NCBI GenBank assembly: GCA_038104845.1
Contig: JAYOBJ010000003.1
Coordinates: 15,598 to 79,597, forward strand
DNA: 64,000 nt
Direction: 5' to 3'
Source of the DNA: Methanobacteriota archaeon
Lineage (GTDB): Archaea; Thermoplasmatota; Poseidoniia; Poseidoniales; Poseidoniaceae
Shown: positions 32,688 to 40,728 of the stretch, piece by piece
Position numbering within the stretch: the stretch's first letter is position 1
Layout of the letters: each line of letters starts with the position of its first letter
Position numbers and translations under genes: made by a program
The notes under the pieces: generated by a model
What the model was told of the DNA's origin: nothing
What the model saw: the letters and a program-made list of their open reading frames with translations, nothing else
The model's database searches: none

Positions 32688-34667
32688 TCACTCTTCTTCT
32701 TGTGGCGTGATGTTGTGATCGCGCTTGATTAGGGCGATGGCGATGTCCAGTTCAGGCAGGTTCAGCTGGCCGTCACCGTCCAAATCCATGCCGGCGACCA
32801 AAGCTTCGGCGTCCATGGCCGTGAGTTCCTTGATGTCGGATTTCACCAGCGCTGAAAGGAATTCGTCGCTGTCCACGCGACCGGAGTGGTCAATGTCCAT
32901 GGCCATGAACACGTCCATGACGCTTTGCCCCGAGTTGGTGAGGTACTGAACAAAGGAGACGAGGGCGTCGCTGGCTTTAACGGGGAATTCCTTCACCTCG
33001 TCGTTGTGCAGGGCGGCATCAACGGCGATGACGGTGGAGCCGCCAATCTTCGTCGCCGTCTCGCTGACCACCAGTTCGGTGTCCACACCGACGCCGCGCC
33101 CGATGAGGTTGCGGATCGTGGTGGTGGAACCTGCCGTCAAGGTGTAGGAGGTTATGGCTTGGGCCGAGGTCATGTCCATGCTCTTCTTGGCAGGAGCGAT
33201 GCCCGTGCGGATGATGGTCATCGAAGCGAGGATGGCACCGATCCCAACGAGGTAGAACAAGGCTGATCCGGTGAGATAGAATCCACCGTCTGCGGACACA
33301 GCGTCCTCAACACCGCTGTTCATGACGGCGTTCTTGGTGAAGTCACCGATGAGGTAAGCCACGGTGGCGCTGACGCCACCCACTGCAACGAACCAGGTCG
33401 ACAAGCTGGACGTGTTGGCCAGCGGCTTGCCAACAGCGAGTGGATAATTGGCGTACACACCCGCCAGGGTGAGCAAGCCACCCACGGTGAACAGCAACCC
33501 CATGTTGACCGTGTGGGCGATTGAACCGAGCTCGCCGGTGCCAACGAAAGCGTCCATACCGGTGAAGTAGGTCCCGACGACGAAGAACGGGAGCAACAGG
33601 AAGGCAAAGAGGCCGGCGATGGCCCCTGGGTGTTCAACCACGGAGGCCAGCCCTTTCATGCCCGTCATCACGATGTTCACTGAACCTGCGAGCACGGGAA
33701 GGATGCCGAGGGTGACGAGGATGGCTGCCAGGTTCGTCATGAAACCGGAGGCGTCCACCGAGGTCAGCGAGAGCGCTGGAACGGTCAAAAACAGGAAGAA
33801 CATGCTGGCTGAGCGAAGGGTGCCGGACCAAATGGGCACCTGAGCGGCCATGGGAACCACGTGGTAGCCCACGGCGAACATCAACGCCAGTGGCACCCAC
33901 CCGGTGGCGACCCGCTCGCCGAACCAGGCGACCTGATCGGCATCCGCAAGTTCCCCGAAGAACACGGCCATCATGGCCATGATGTGCACGAGAACGCCCA
34001 TGATGAGGAACCATGAGGAGGTGGAGAGGTCCTCTTGACCCCGCGTCGAGGCGGTCAACAGCACGTTGATCAGCACGGGGATGAACAGCAAGCCCAACAC
34101 CAACGTCTCGAGACTCAGCAAGATCGTCCGGAAGGGATTGGCCCCGGTATCGATGTCGGCAAACCCGAGGATGGCGGGCAGCAAATACTGCGCCGCCAGG
34201 ACGGCGGACAACAACACGGCCACCAACGAAGCGTTGGCTTCACTGGCGAGGCGACCGTCACCGTTGCGGGCAACGGCCACCATGGAGGCGCCAACCAACC
34301 CGAACAGAAGAGCCATGCGCAGCACGTTGCCGGTGGCGTCGCGCAGCGCCGAGCCATCCTCATAGGACCAGCCGACGCTGGCCAACGAATCGAGGGCGCT
34401 CGGGTCGTAACGGTGCCATCCGTCGAGGAAGCCGAGAATCCCGGCGAGTGTCAGCCAAACCATGCCGAAGTTCATCCAGGTTCGAGCACCGCTGCCGGCG
34501 CGGTCGTCGAACACGTCGACCAGGCCGGGAGGGTTCTTCTTCAACACGAACAAACCGATTTGGCGCAGGGCACCGCCCAAGGACCCAACGCCGTTTTCCA
34601 CGGCACGGGACATGAGGTAGACCGACCCAATGAACAAGGCTGCGAGAATCAGAATCGTTTCCATCAT
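32688..34667 (-). CDS. polytopic membrane protein (>=10 TM) with C-terminal EF-hand pair
   Basis: About 520 aa of TM helices. Then two canonical 12-residue Ca-binding loops: 'DIDHSGRVDSDE' (32862-32897) and 'DLDGDGQLNLPE' (32751-32786). Confidence 0.75.
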   Translation of the reverse strand: MMETILILAALFIGSVYLMSRAVENGVGSLGGALRQIGLFVLKKNPPGLVDVFDDRAGSGARTWMNFGMVWLTLAGILGFLDGWHRYDPSALDSLASVGWSYEDGSALRDATGNVLRMALLFGLVGASMVAVARNGDGRLASEANASLVAVLLSAVLAAQYLLPAILGFADIDTGANPFRTILLSLETLVLGLLFIPVLINVLLTASTRGQEDLSTSSWFLIMGVLVHIMAMMAVFFGELADADQVAWFGERVATGWVPLALMFAVGYHVVPMAAQVPIWSGTLRSASMFFLFLTVPALSLTSVDASGFMTNLAAILVTLGILPVLAGSVNIVMTGMKGLASVVEHPGAIAGLFAFLLLPFFVVGTYFTGMDAFVGTGELGSIAHTVNMGLLFTVGGLLTLAGVYANYPLAVGKPLANTSSLSTWFVAVGGVSATVAYLIGDFTKNAVMNSGVEDAVSADGGFYLTGSALFYLVGIGAILASMTIIRTGIAPAKKSMDMTSAQAITSYTLTAGSTTTIRNLIGRGVGVDTELVVSETATKIGGSTVIAVDAALHNDEVKEFPVKASDALVSFVQYLTNSGQSVMDVFMAMDIDHSGRVDSDEFLSALVKSDIKELTAMDAEALVAGMDLDGDGQLNLPELDIAIALIKRDHNITPQEEE

Positions 34668-34676
34668 GACACCTCC

Positions 34677-35024
34677 TTACTCTGCGAGCACCTCGCCCAC
34701 CAAGGTGGCCACGATGGCACCGACCCCCACGAGGAAGCCGATGAGGTAGTACCAGATGCCGCCCGTGCCAAGGTTCTCAACGAGTGGCACGAGGTCACCC
34801 AAGACCGGGAGGTTGTCCCACCCGAACACGTTTGAAAACAAGGAATAGAGACCAAAAATGCCGATGAACAGCAGGGACAGCACCACCCTGCTGGTGGTGG
34901 GTTCACCGGTTCCAACCATCGTATCGGGAAGCGCAGAAGATTTCGACATGCCAACACCAACAGATGCCCCATAGGGGCAATCTTCTCCACTTGCGGGGCG
35001 GTGATAAAGATTCACCACCGACAT
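34677..35024 (-). CDS. small membrane protein, probable partner of the downstream EF-hand membrane protein
   Basis: Two TM helices ('VVLSLLFIGIFGLYSLF', 'IWYYLIGFLVGVGAIVATLV'). It ends 10 nt before the next gene. The start is ambiguous (35024, 34949 or 34919). Confidence 0.45.
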   Translation of the reverse strand: MSVVNLYHRPASGEDCPYGASVGVGMSKSSALPDTMVGTGEPTTSRVVLSLLFIGIFGLYSLFSNVFGWDNLPVLGDLVPLVENLGTGGIWYYLIGFLVGVGAIVATLVGEVLAE

Positions 35025-35051
35025 GGACGAGAAACGCCCACTGAATGGTCA

Positions 35052-36206
35052 TTATGGAGCTCGTAAGATATCAAGCGCGGCGCCGCGACGAGGTTTCGAA
35101 GTGCCCAGCGGAACCGGGAGGCTCCGATCGCGCTGAAGTTCAGCCTGCCACGTGCGTTCACAATCGCATGAAAGCCCCTCAAATTCCATCAAATCAGCTG
35201 AAACGGCGTAGCGTTCGATCGCCGCCACGACTTCAGCGTCGCAAGCACCGCAATTGTGCGACCCTCGAATCTTCCCACCTGCCGTCGGATGAACGATGAG
35301 CCGGGTTCGTGCAGCACCGTTGGCATGAATCAGGGCATGACTCGAGCGAATCATGGCCACCAACGACCACAGCCAGGGTGGACGGTACTCTTGGTGACGG
35401 TGAAGGCGGTCGATGATCGTCCCGCGCTGGATGTTCATCGGATTGACCGAGATTTCATCGGATCGGTCGGCCACGGCGTCAATCCACTTCACGCAATGGT
35501 CCAGTGCATCGGCCTCCGACATGAACGGGGGTTTGAACATCAGGTAAGTTTTGACCCTCAAGCCGAAGGCGTTGAGGTTGTCAACAGCCCGCTCCCAGGA
35601 CGACGTGGTGAACCCTTTGTTCACGTGAAAACGAAGCACCTCGTCGTCGTACGCCTCCAAACCGATGGCCACCGTGAAGTTGGGATTGATGTCGGTGGCC
35701 CACGCCAGTTTGGATTTGGTGAGTTGCTCGCAGCGGCTTTCCACGACCAATTCCTTGCCCAACCGAGCGCAGTCACCCAGCACGGTGGCCTGGAAGTCGA
35801 CGGGAATTTCCCGGTCTTCGAGGAGACTGCCCGACGTGTAAACCTTCACCATGTCATGGCCTTCAAACCCGTCGAACCGGTCAAGGGCTTGCTGCCACTG
35901 GGCATGCAGGTCTTCGCTGGTCACGTCGTCCCGGGTGTCGTTGAAGTATCCGCAAAAGGTGCACCCCGACGACCACCACCAGTGACACCCTTTCGTCCGA
36001 AGGATCACGGTCACGGCCGAACAAGGTTCGCCGTCCCATCGAACTTCGGGTGTGGAATACACGGTAGCGGGTTCAGAAGCGTCCCAAGATTGCTGCTTCG
36101 CCACCGCCCATGGCGTGTTCGCTGGTGCCTTGACGAGATCGTGGATGCGGAGGCCTTTTCCTCCATTCCCAAGCATTCGGTCGTCGGCGTTGAGCGTCAT
36201 CTTCAA
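35052..36206 (-). CDS. radical SAM protein, TIGR01210 family (archaeosine synthase beta-subunit RaSEA-like)
   Basis: 'ILRTKGCHWWWSSGCTFCGYFND', 'VKVYTSGSLLEDREIP', 'VAIGLEAYDDEVLRFHVNKGFT', 'YLMFKPPFMSE', 'SVNPMNIQRGTIIDRL...YRPPWLWSLV' match my remembered family pattern. Confidence 0.65.
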   Translation of the reverse strand: MKMTLNADDRMLGNGGKGLRIHDLVKAPANTPWAVAKQQSWDASEPATVYSTPEVRWDGEPCSAVTVILRTKGCHWWWSSGCTFCGYFNDTRDDVTSEDLHAQWQQALDRFDGFEGHDMVKVYTSGSLLEDREIPVDFQATVLGDCARLGKELVVESRCEQLTKSKLAWATDINPNFTVAIGLEAYDDEVLRFHVNKGFTTSSWERAVDNLNAFGLRVKTYLMFKPPFMSEADALDHCVKWIDAVADRSDEISVNPMNIQRGTIIDRLHRHQEYRPPWLWSLVAMIRSSHALIHANGAARTRLIVHPTAGGKIRGSHNCGACDAEVVAAIERYAVSADLMEFEGLSCDCERTWQAELQRDRSLPVPLGTSKPRRGAALDILRAP

Positions 36207-36233
36207 CCGTCCTGTCCGTCCGAGTCAAGTGTT

Positions 36234-37307
36234 TCAAACCACCGCTTGAGTGGAGCCCAAGGCTTGTTCAAAGAAATTGACCATCTTGCTGCGGTAGGTT
36301 TCGGGATGCGTGAGCATCAAGGTCACGTGGGAAAGGACGCCGGATTCATTGCGGTCGTTGTGCGCCACAGCCGATGATTCAAACCAACAATCGACCGACC
36401 CGTTGTCACCAACGTGCGCAGTGGCGACGTCGCACATCGCTCGCCCGTGGTGGATGTTGATGCGCACATCTTCCAAGCTTTGCGTGATGAACACGGACCG
36501 GTCGCCTGTTCGCTTCAGGGCTTCAATGGGCTCCCGTTTGACCAAATCATCGCCTGAGGAGACCTTGCCCGCAAACACGGCGGCGTCCTTGAGGAACGGC
36601 GGGAACCCCGCAAACGCCAGCTCTTCTTCGATGATCGACCCCATGGAGGAAAACGGCGACTCAAGGAACACGGCTTGGAGGCCGGATTCCTCCCCAAAGG
36701 CGATGGCCGCAGTGCCGGCTCCCATGGACACGCCGAGCACCCCGATGCGCTCGGGCGAGGCGTTGCGTTCATCCTGGAGCCATTGCCACACGGCGAGAAG
36801 ATCTCGGTATTCACGCTGGCCGGCGGAGACCAAGCCGTCCTCCACCGTGCTGTCACCGTGGTCGCGCATGTCAAACAGCACCACGTTGAACCCCGCTTGA
36901 TGCAACCACGCCGCCGGGATCAGCACCTCATGATTGGCTTTGCAGGAACGGATGCCGTGAACAAGGATGACCCAAGGTTGGGAAGCGTTGTGCTCCATGA
37001 CCCAACCAGCGAGTTCGATGGCTTCGCCGGGAACCCCAACGGTGACGTTCTCCCAGGAGGTGAACCACAACCCGTCGAGGTTGGCAGCAAGGGTTTCGTT
37101 CTTCTGATGCGTGACGTTGCTCACGTCCTCGTGCCAGAGTTCCACACTGAACGCATCCGGTGAATTGCGTTCAGCATGACCGGAACATGCCGGGTTGGAT
37201 GCCGCAGCCTGCGTGTACACCAAGTTGCCGGCTTGATAGTACACCAACGGTGAGCCGATGACCATCAGGAGCAAGACGGCAGGAAGGGTCCGTTTCCACA
37301 TGGTCAC
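36234..37307 (-). CDS. alpha/beta hydrolase with N-terminal membrane anchor
   Basis: N-terminal TM 'LPAVLLLMVIGSPLVYY'. 'WVILVHGIRS', nucleophile elbow 'GVSMGAG', and a late 'D...H' ('SAVAHND'). Confidence 0.8.
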   Translation of the reverse strand: MTMWKRTLPAVLLLMVIGSPLVYYQAGNLVYTQAAASNPACSGHAERNSPDAFSVELWHEDVSNVTHQKNETLAANLDGLWFTSWENVTVGVPGEAIELAGWVMEHNASQPWVILVHGIRSCKANHEVLIPAAWLHQAGFNVVLFDMRDHGDSTVEDGLVSAGQREYRDLLAVWQWLQDERNASPERIGVLGVSMGAGTAAIAFGEESGLQAVFLESPFSSMGSIIEEELAFAGFPPFLKDAAVFAGKVSSGDDLVKREPIEALKRTGDRSVFITQSLEDVRINIHHGRAMCDVATAHVGDNGSVDCWFESSAVAHNDRNESGVLSHVTLMLTHPETYRSKMVNFFEQALGSTQAVV

Positions 37308-38170
37308 TCATCCTCTCCCGGTTGGACCGAACGGAAAAGCGTTGTTCGGCCGGCAAAGACCTGCTGGCCCTTTGGATGTTCAGGGTGGTTGTCCGATGCT
37401 GCCGCAAGACCAGCAGGGCCGTAGTGAATCGCTGGAACGCGCACGTCGACCCTTGAACCCAGCCGAATCATGCCGATGCGTTGACCCCGGCGAACGGGTT
37501 CGTCGAGGTACAGGTAGGGCACGATGCTTCGGGCAAGGGCGCCAGCGATCTGCGTGACCTCTATCCGAACACCGTCCTTCAGCATGAACACGGCGCGCAC
37601 GCGTTCGTTCCATTCGCTTTCCTTCCGCATCGCTGGACGGAACGGACCGCGACGCCGCCCTTTGCCTCGCCGAAGTTCCAGTCGCTCGAGGCGGCCGGCT
37701 TCGGGAGCACGGTTCACGTGAACGTCCAACGGCGACATGAACACCGCCGCCCGCCACACATCCGTGGGATGCTCCTCGCCTGTGGGAACAGGTTCGAACC
37801 GCTGTTCGGTCGAGAAGGTCAACGGATGGTCGAGGGGTTGGGGCCACCAATCGCCCGTGAACGGGTCAACCTCAACCGAGCCGGAGGTCATCTCGGATTC
37901 ACTGGGCCGGCGTCCGATGGCACGCTCACGGACCACAAACATGAGGCGCCCATCCGCAGGGGAAAGCAGGATTCCGTTGGTTTTTGGAATCGGTCGGTCA
38001 GGGTCGCGCCAGAAATACGCCACGAAGGTGGCCATCATCAAACACAACATGCCGATGAGCGGAACAATCCCCGCCACGGGGTCAATGACGGCTCCCACCA
38101 GCAAAGCCGAGACGCCCATGATGGTCAGCATCATCACGTGAACTTGGCCACCCGGGGCCAACAGACCCAT
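37304..38170 (-). CDS. psd: phosphatidylserine (archaetidylserine) decarboxylase proenzyme
   Basis: 'LLSPADGRL', 'VFMSPLDVHVNRAP' and the self-cleavage-type 'IRLGSRVDV' (GS[TR] motif). N-terminal TM helices are present. Confidence 0.8.
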   Translation of the reverse strand: MGLLAPGGQVHVMMLTIMGVSALLVGAVIDPVAGIVPLIGMLCLMMATFVAYFWRDPDRPIPKTNGILLSPADGRLMFVVRERAIGRRPSESEMTSGSVEVDPFTGDWWPQPLDHPLTFSTEQRFEPVPTGEEHPTDVWRAAVFMSPLDVHVNRAPEAGRLERLELRRGKGRRRGPFRPAMRKESEWNERVRAVFMLKDGVRIEVTQIAGALARSIVPYLYLDEPVRRGQRIGMIRLGSRVDVRVPAIHYGPAGLAAASDNHPEHPKGQQVFAGRTTLFRSVQPGEDE

Positions 38171-38180
38171 CGGTGCTCAC

Positions 38181-38978
38181 CTAGGCGTCGGAGGACCATG
38201 GGTCGGATTCATCGCCCCATGAAGCAGGAGCTTCCTCGCCTTCGCCGACGGTGCCTTCGGTGTCCTCCGGTTCACCGTCCGGGGACGCATCGTCCGAGGG
38301 CGCTTCCTCAACGGAGGGTTCATCCTCGGCGGCAGCGTCATCCGAAGCCTCGGTCGTTGCCTCAACGGCTGGTTCTGAGGTCGCTGGCTCGGCGTCCTCA
38401 TCCTGAGCTTCTTGGGAGCGTGCTTCCACCATTTCCTCCAGGCGTTCAGCGAACACGCGCGTCATGTGCTGCGATTTTCGTTCGGCCTCAACGGCGCGCT
38501 CGATCATGTCGTAGCGTTCCTTGATGGCCTTGTTCAGGTCCTCGAAGATTTGCATGTGATCGACGTACCAATCGTCTCGTGCCTTCATCTCCGTGACGGC
38601 CATGCGAAGGTCGTTGTCCAGTTCCTCGGCAATGCCGAAGACCTTCCCCAAGCGGTCCTTTTCACGGGAGTACTTCTCCTCCATCTTGTCCAGTTCAGGT
38701 TCCAGGTGTTCAACGCGCTTGGAGGCTTTGGTGGCCCGCATCTCCAACTCTCGAGCGCGAACGTCCTTCTCTGCGATGATGGATTCCAAGGATTCCTTTT
38801 CGATTTCTCGATCGATGATCTCTTTCTCGAGCACCTCGATTTCAGCGCGAGCGTCCACCAGTTCTTTCTCCTGGGTTTCATAGGCAGCGAACAATTTCTG
38901 CAGGCGGTCGGTTTCGGTCGCCAACGCCTCTTCGAGTTGCTTGATGCGCACATCCGGCGTGAGGGTCCCTTCCGTCAT
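38181..38978 (-). CDS. coiled-coil protein with long acidic C-terminal tail
   Basis: Heptad-rich 'IKQLEEALATETDRLQKLFAAYETQEKELVDARAEIEVLEKEIIDREIEKESLE...'. The tail is D/E/A/P-rich and ends in 'WGDESDPWSSDA'. ATG 38978 is chosen; the ORF is open to 39068. Confidence 0.6.
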   Translation of the reverse strand: MTEGTLTPDVRIKQLEEALATETDRLQKLFAAYETQEKELVDARAEIEVLEKEIIDREIEKESLESIIAEKDVRARELEMRATKASKRVEHLEPELDKMEEKYSREKDRLGKVFGIAEELDNDLRMAVTEMKARDDWYVDHMQIFEDLNKAIKERYDMIERAVEAERKSQHMTRVFAERLEEMVEARSQEAQDEDAEPATSEPAVEATTEASDDAAAEDEPSVEEAPSDDASPDGEPEDTEGTVGEGEEAPASWGDESDPWSSDA

Positions 38979-39074
38979 TGAATCACCTGAGCCCAAGGCT
39001 CCGCTTCTCGCGAGTGGTTCCCTCCCTATCAAGCCGACGCTTGACTGGACCGGATGGGGGCTCAACACGGTGCT

Positions 39075-40037
39075 TCATCGGAGGTCGTCGGTGGCTTTGA
39101 CCAGTTCCCTGGCGATGCTGACCTCCCCCATCGAATGGCCAGCATCGGGCACCATCACCAACCGGCTGTCAGGGAGCGCTTGATGGAGTTCCCAGGCGCT
39201 GCGTGGCGGGCAGACCACATCGTAACGACCCTGCACGATGACCGTCGGGATGTCCGCCAACCGTTCCGCTCGGTTGAGGATGTAAGCTTCCTCAACGAAA
39301 ATAGCGTTGATGAAGTAGTGGCATTCTATCCGAGCAAAGGCGACGGCGAAATCAAGGTCTTCGGCTTTGTCGAGGTAAGTCGGGTCGGGAAACAAACGGC
39401 TCGTGGCCATTTCCCACCGTGTCCATTCCTTCGCTGCTGCTCGACGAACCTCCACGTCCTCGCTGGTGAGACGGCGGTAATACGCCGTGATCAGGTCGCC
39501 CTGTTCTTCAGGCGGGATGTGGTTGCGGTACGGCGCAAACGCATCGGGGAAGATGTGGCTGGCACCGTCTTGATAGAACCAGTGGAGTTCGCTCTTCCTG
39601 CACATGAAAATGCCGCGAAGCACCAGCGAGCGAACGCGCTCGGGATGGTGAAGGGCATACATCATGGAAAGGGTGGAGCCCCACGACCCGCCGAACACAT
39701 GCCAGGTCTCGATGCCAAGGTGGGTGCGGAGTGTTTCGATGTCCTCCACCAAACGATGCGTTGTGTTGTCCGTCAACTCGGCGTGGGGCGTTGATGCGCC
39801 GCAGCCCCGCTGATCGAATTGGATGATGTTGAACGCTGCAGGATCGAAATAGCGACGGTACGATGGCTGAGCGCCCCCGCCCGGACCTCCGTGAAGCACC
39901 ACAACGGGAACGCCATCGGGGTTGCCGCTCGCCTCCCAAGCCACGGTGTGAAGGTCGCTCACCACCAATCGACCGGTCGTGTAGGGTTCGTGCGGCGCAT
40001 AAAGAACATCGTCCAAGGTGGTGGTCATGTCAAGCAT
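39075..40037 (-). CDS. pip: proline iminopeptidase
   Basis: 'VVVLHGGPGGG', 'FDQRGCGAS', 'HVFGGSWGSTLSMMYALHHPERV', C-terminal 'VPDAGHS'. The upstream 110 codons of the ORF look non-coding, so the MLDMTTT start at 40037 is chosen. Confidence 0.9.
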   Translation of the reverse strand: MLDMTTTLDDVLYAPHEPYTTGRLVVSDLHTVAWEASGNPDGVPVVVLHGGPGGGAQPSYRRYFDPAAFNIIQFDQRGCGASTPHAELTDNTTHRLVEDIETLRTHLGIETWHVFGGSWGSTLSMMYALHHPERVRSLVLRGIFMCRKSELHWFYQDGASHIFPDAFAPYRNHIPPEEQGDLITAYYRRLTSEDVEVRRAAAKEWTRWEMATSRLFPDPTYLDKAEDLDFAVAFARIECHYFINAIFVEEAYILNRAERLADIPTVIVQGRYDVVCPPRSAWELHQALPDSRLVMVPDAGHSMGEVSIARELVKATDDLR

Positions 40038-40113
40038 GAGCGGAGGCGTGCGCTGAGCCACCATGTGCCTTTCCCATCCACACGTTGATGGAGAACCTGC
40101 GCTTGGACCAACC

Positions 40114-40728
40114 ATGGCACAACGTGCAGCGACCGATTTGTTCAGCGATTGGGCGGCATCAGGCCGGGACGAGGGCATGGAAAAAGGCCACGCGGCCAGC
40201 GTCGAAGCGATGTTGGAAGCGGTGCTTCCCAAGCTTAACTCGGAATTCACGGCCATCGATGTTGGGTGCGGGAACGGTTGGGTCGTGCGGCGACTCAACG
40301 CCCTTGATGCATGCAAGCATGCCTCGGGGGTCGACGGGGCCGAGACGATGATCGACAAAGCCCACACGCTCGACCCCGAAGGCGATTATACACTGGCGAT
40401 GCTCCCCGAATGGCGCCCTGAAGCACCCGTTGACCTGGTGCACACGATGGAAGTCCTGTACTACCTTGAGGATCCCATGGGCTTCCTCGAAACGCTTCGC
40501 GAAGCGTGGCTGAACGACGGCGGTTGGGCGGTGATCGGTGTGGACCACTACGAAGAAAACGAAGCGTGTCACGATTGGTCAAGTTCGCTCAACGTTCACA
40601 TGGCCATGCACAGCATGGATGCCTGGGTCGAAGGCATGAACAAAGCGGGTTTCCGCCACGTCAAGGCGTTCCAAACCGGTGCAAAGGACGGTTGGGCAGG
40701 CACGCTCGTCCTCATGGGTCAGAAGTGA
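40114..40728 (+). CDS. class I SAM-dependent methyltransferase
   Basis: Motif I 'AIDVGCGNGWVV', and post-I/II elements 'VDLVHTMEVLYYLEDP'. Confidence 0.75.
   Translation: MAQRAATDLFSDWAASGRDEGMEKGHAASVEAMLEAVLPKLNSEFTAIDVGCGNGWVVRRLNALDACKHASGVDGAETMIDKAHTLDPEGDYTLAMLPEWRPEAPVDLVHTMEVLYYLEDPMGFLETLREAWLNDGGWAVIGVDHYEENEACHDWSSSLNVHMAMHSMDAWVEGMNKAGFRHVKAFQTGAKDGWAGTLVLMGQK

Noticed and set aside
32950-34667. Possible relationship of the EF-hand protein's TM domain to heme-copper oxidase subunit I (for example 'GYHVVP', compared with the YYFVP region of CcoN).
   Set aside because: The six conserved His ligands are absent and the similarity is limited to a few residues. It is too weak to claim.
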